Shown here piece by piece: positions 61,645 to 64,000 of a DNA stretch of 64,000 nt. A program made the translations under genes and the position numbers. This stretch comes from Pseudomonadota bacterium (GTDB taxonomy: Bacteria; Pseudomonadota; Gammaproteobacteria; Ga0077536), in contig JAQCEL010000002.1 in assembly GCA_027618655.1 (NCBI GenBank), forward strand, positions 884-64,883. The letters run 5' to 3'. Within the stretch, counting starts at the first letter, position 1; each line of letters begins with the position of its first letter. A model generated the notes under the pieces. It saw only the letters and a list, made by a program, of their open reading frames with translations, searched no databases and was not told the DNA's origin.

Positions 61645-61881
61645 ATGTCTCGTGTATGCCAAGTAACCGGAAAACGACCCGTCTCAGGGAACAATGTGTC
61701 GCATGCGCACAATAAAACACGCCGTCGCTTTTTGCCGAACCTGCAAATCCATCGGTTTTGGGTCGAAACTGAAAACCGCTGGGTGAAGCTGCGCGTCTCG
61801 ACGAAGGGCGTGCGCACGATCGACAAACTCGGGATCGATAAAGTTTTATCCGATATCCGTGCTAACGGCGTGAAGGTCTAG
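61645..61881 (+). CDS. rpmB: 50S ribosomal protein L28
   Basis: 78 aa; [31 protein letters not shown]. Confidence 0.97.
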   Translation: MSRVCQVTGKRPVSGNNVSHAHNKTRRRFLPNLQIHRFWVETENRWVKLRVSTKGVRTIDKLGIDKVLSDIRANGVKV

Positions 61882-61893
61882 GAGAGCAATCCG

Positions 61894-62049
61894 ATGCTAG
61901 ATAAAATAAAACTCGTTTCAACTGCCGATACCGGGCACTACTACACCACGGCAAAAAACAAGCGCACCCACCCGGAGAAAATGGAGCGTATGAAATACGA
62001 TCCCGTCGTACGTAAACACGTGCTCTATAAAGAAGCTAAAATCAAATAA
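61894..62049 (+). CDS. rpmG: 50S ribosomal protein L33
   Basis: 51-aa ORF below the ORF-track cutoff; [51 protein letters not shown]. Confidence 0.95.
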   Translation: MLDKIKLVSTADTGHYYTTAKNKRTHPEKMERMKYDPVVRKHVLYKEAKIK

Positions 62050-62070
62050 GCAATTTGGATTTAGAACGCA

Positions 62071-62099
62071 AAAACCCGCTCAGACCGCGGGTTTTTTTA
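62071..62099 (+). terminator. rho-independent terminator after rpmG
   Basis: acccgc (62074-62079) pairs with gcgggt (62087-62092), followed by a T7 run. Confidence 0.75.
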
Positions 62100-62145
62100 T
62101 GTCGCAAAGTTATCTGTGTCCCTCAGGACGACGACCCATTACGGC

Positions 62146-63321
62146 TTAAGTCACACCGCGCGTATAGCATCGCATAGACCCAGCGAATTCCTTTAGCGAT
62201 GCGATCCCCGTCGCTTCGGCCTCTCGACACCATTCCTGGAGCTGCGCCAGTAATCGTTCTGGGGTCGCCGTTCGTTCGGTAAATATTTGCTGAAGCTGCT
62301 TGCGGAACTCATAGACAACTGCCAGCGCCTTACTGTGCTCGAGTCCAGTTTCGAGCATGGAACGCTGTTGCGCGTCCATTAAAAATTCTTCTTTCACTAG
62401 TAATGAGCGAGTCGGTTTGAGGATTTCGCGGATTTCCGTTGCAGCGTTATTCAGTTCTTCGCGGTAAACTTTTTTAACAACAAATTTCGCATAGTCAGCC
62501 ATAACGTGAAATCGGCCACTGATGACGGCTGCTAATGTGTCCAAGTCAACGGTAGATTTTGCGTGGTCAACGATCGGAACTGGCGCCAGCTTTTTAACGT
62601 GTGCAAGGCCGAGGAAGGCTAAGATCTGAATATAAGCCCAGCCGATATCGAATTCCCATGGTTTGCTCGAAAACCGAGCCGAACTCGCAAATGCATGATG
62701 ATTATTATGTAATTCTTCGCCACCAATGATGATTCCCCAAGGCGTGATATTGGTCGAGGCATCTGCGGTCTCAAAATTTCGGTAACCACCCCAGTGCCCA
62801 ACGCCGTTGATGATGCCGGCCGCGAATATCGGGATCCACGCCATTTGGACGGCCCAAATCGTCAGTCCGATAGGGCCAAACAAGATAAGGTTAAGCAGTA
62901 ACATTGTCGCAACGCCGATTCGATCATGCGGGCCGAATACTTTTCGTTCTAGCCAATCGTCCGGGGTCCCGTGACCGTACTTAATCAGTGTTTCGGCATT
63001 TTTTCCTTCGTCGCGATAAAGTTCTGCGCCTTCAAATAAAACTTTCGACAATCCCACCAGTTGCGGACTATGAGGGTCACCGAGGTTATCAACAAAAGCA
63101 TGGTGTTTGCGGTGTATCGCCGCCCAATTTTTGGTCGTCATCCCGGTAGTGAGCCATAGCCAAAGGCGGAACAGGAAGGCGATGGCGGGATGTAAATCCA
63201 GAGCCCTATGAGCCTGATGCCGGTGTAAATAAATCGTGACTGAGGCGATGGTTGCATGTGTCATCAACAAGGTGACCACGATGATCGTCCACCAATTTAA
63301 CGCGAAAATTCCGTTGTACAT
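62146..63321 (-). CDS. membrane acyl-CoA/acyl-lipid delta-9-type fatty acid desaturase
   Basis: Histidine boxes HRHQAH, HRKHHAF and HNNHHAF. The start is taken at MYNGIFALNWW (63321). The tracked upstream extension would overlap the divergent ABC gene. Confidence 0.85.
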   Translation of the reverse strand: MYNGIFALNWWTIIVVTLLMTHATIASVTIYLHRHQAHRALDLHPAIAFLFRLWLWLTTGMTTKNWAAIHRKHHAFVDNLGDPHSPQLVGLSKVLFEGAELYRDEGKNAETLIKYGHGTPDDWLERKVFGPHDRIGVATMLLLNLILFGPIGLTIWAVQMAWIPIFAAGIINGVGHWGGYRNFETADASTNITPWGIIIGGEELHNNHHAFASSARFSSKPWEFDIGWAYIQILAFLGLAHVKKLAPVPIVDHAKSTVDLDTLAAVISGRFHVMADYAKFVVKKVYREELNNAATEIREILKPTRSLLVKEEFLMDAQQRSMLETGLEHSKALAVVYEFRKQLQQIFTERTATPERLLAQLQEWCREAEATGIASLKEFAGSMRCYTRGVT

Positions 63322-63474
63322 AAATTGTAAAATCTTCCGACTAAGACGCGCGGCTAGCGCGGTATGTTCGCCATTCTGGCTCATTTGAGAGATAAATTGA
63401 AATCCTGGCGGATCACCGCTAGCAAACGCTAAGCGCTTGGCAAGTCGTCGGTGGTCGCCAATAATAGCGCACCG

Positions 63475-64000
63475 ATGTCGGATGACCTTCTGCTCAGCGC
63501 CCAAAACCTCACTCGCTATTACCATGGCCGCAAGGTGCTACACGGCGTCGATCTCGAGCTGAAGCGCGGCGAAGTACTTGGTTTCCTAGGCCCGAACGGC
63601 GCCGGCAAATCGACGACCATGAAGCTGCTAAGTGGCAACCTCGGCGCCCACGATGGTGTAGTGCGCATTTGCGGCCACGATATGGCCGATGCCCCGTTAC
63701 TCGCGAAACGCCACATTGGCTACTTACCCGAAGTCCCACCGCTGTACCTTGAAGCAACAGTGGATGAGTACCTAAAATTTTGTGCTCGTCTACGTAAACT
63801 TAATGCTCGCGATTGCGTCTGTGCGATTGCTAAAGCGAAACGTGAATGCGACTTAGAAGACGTCGGGTCGCGGCTGATCGGCAATCTTTCAAAAGGCTTC
63901 AAACAACGAGTCGGCATAGCCCAAGCGTTGCTGCACGAGCCGGCGGTCGTGATATTGGATGAACCAACAAATGGACTCGATCCAAATCAAATTCGCGCGG
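63475..64000 (+). CDS. ABC transporter ATP-binding protein (3' end outside the window)
   Basis: The ATG at 63475 opens MSDDLLLSAQNLTRYY. Carries Walker A GPNGAGKST, signature LSKGFKQR and Walker B VVILDEPT. The frame is still open at the window end, so it is absent from the ORF track. Confidence 0.85.
   Translation, partial: MSDDLLLSAQNLTRYYHGRKVLHGVDLELKRGEVLGFLGPNGAGKSTTMKLLSGNLGAHDGVVRICGHDMADAPLLAKRHIGYLPEVPPLYLEATVDEYLKFCARLRKLNARDCVCAIAKAKRECDLEDVGSRLIGNLSKGFKQRVGIAQALLHEPAVVILDEPTNGLDPNQIRA

Noticed and set aside
63322-63525. An N-terminal extension of the desaturase ORF to 63525.
   Set aside because: It would overlap the start of the divergent ABC ATPase (ATG at 63475). Desaturases of this type begin close to MYNGIF..WW just before the first TM helix.

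Overview
This 64-kb window looks like a chromosomal segment of a gammaproteobacterium with roughly 50-55% GC by eye. I call about 65 protein genes and one tRNA-Arg(CCG). I recognised no rRNA, CRISPR array, transposase, integrase or phage genes. The left ~14 kb is mostly accessory. It holds acyl-CoA and amide catabolism genes (SnoaL-like protein, a damaged crotonase, two acyl-CoA dehydrogenases, a family III CoA-transferase, an M20D amidohydrolase, a beta-lactamase-fold hydrolase), two secreted beta-propeller proteins, an orphan hcp, and a porin plus AhpD-like pair. Next come a di-haem cytochrome c5, a small AT-rich islet (hicB, a decayed hicA, two unknown acidic small proteins), a cupin and an orphan TRAP binding protein. 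The rest is housekeeping, in an order I recall from Pseudomonas-type genomes: uvrD, pmbA, sthA, moxR-DUF58-tgpA, msbA, hemCDXY, gshB-tonB-algH-ruvX-pyrR-pyrB-pyrC', pilT-pilU plus a third PilU-like gene, yggS-proC-yggT-metX-metW, an ExoIII-family gene divergent from pyrE, slmA-argB, algC, coaBC, radC, rpmB-rpmG, a desaturase and a partial ABC ATPase. I did not find a convincing new multi-gene system. The observations most worth a second look are: (1) conserved genes interrupted in this sequence (crotonase with a frame shift plus in-frame TAA, moxR with an in-frame TAA, hicA with a frame shift plus TAG); (2) a ~380-aa two-transmembrane N-terminal module fused to AlgC; (3) three tandem PilT-family ATPases followed by overlapping alkyltransferase-like and membrane glutaredoxin-like genes; (4) an orphan hcp; (5) a PyrK-like flavoprotein after pyrC' with no pyrD partner; (6) the uncharacterised acidic proteins in the hicB islet. 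All family assignments come from motif recognition by eye. No database search was run.
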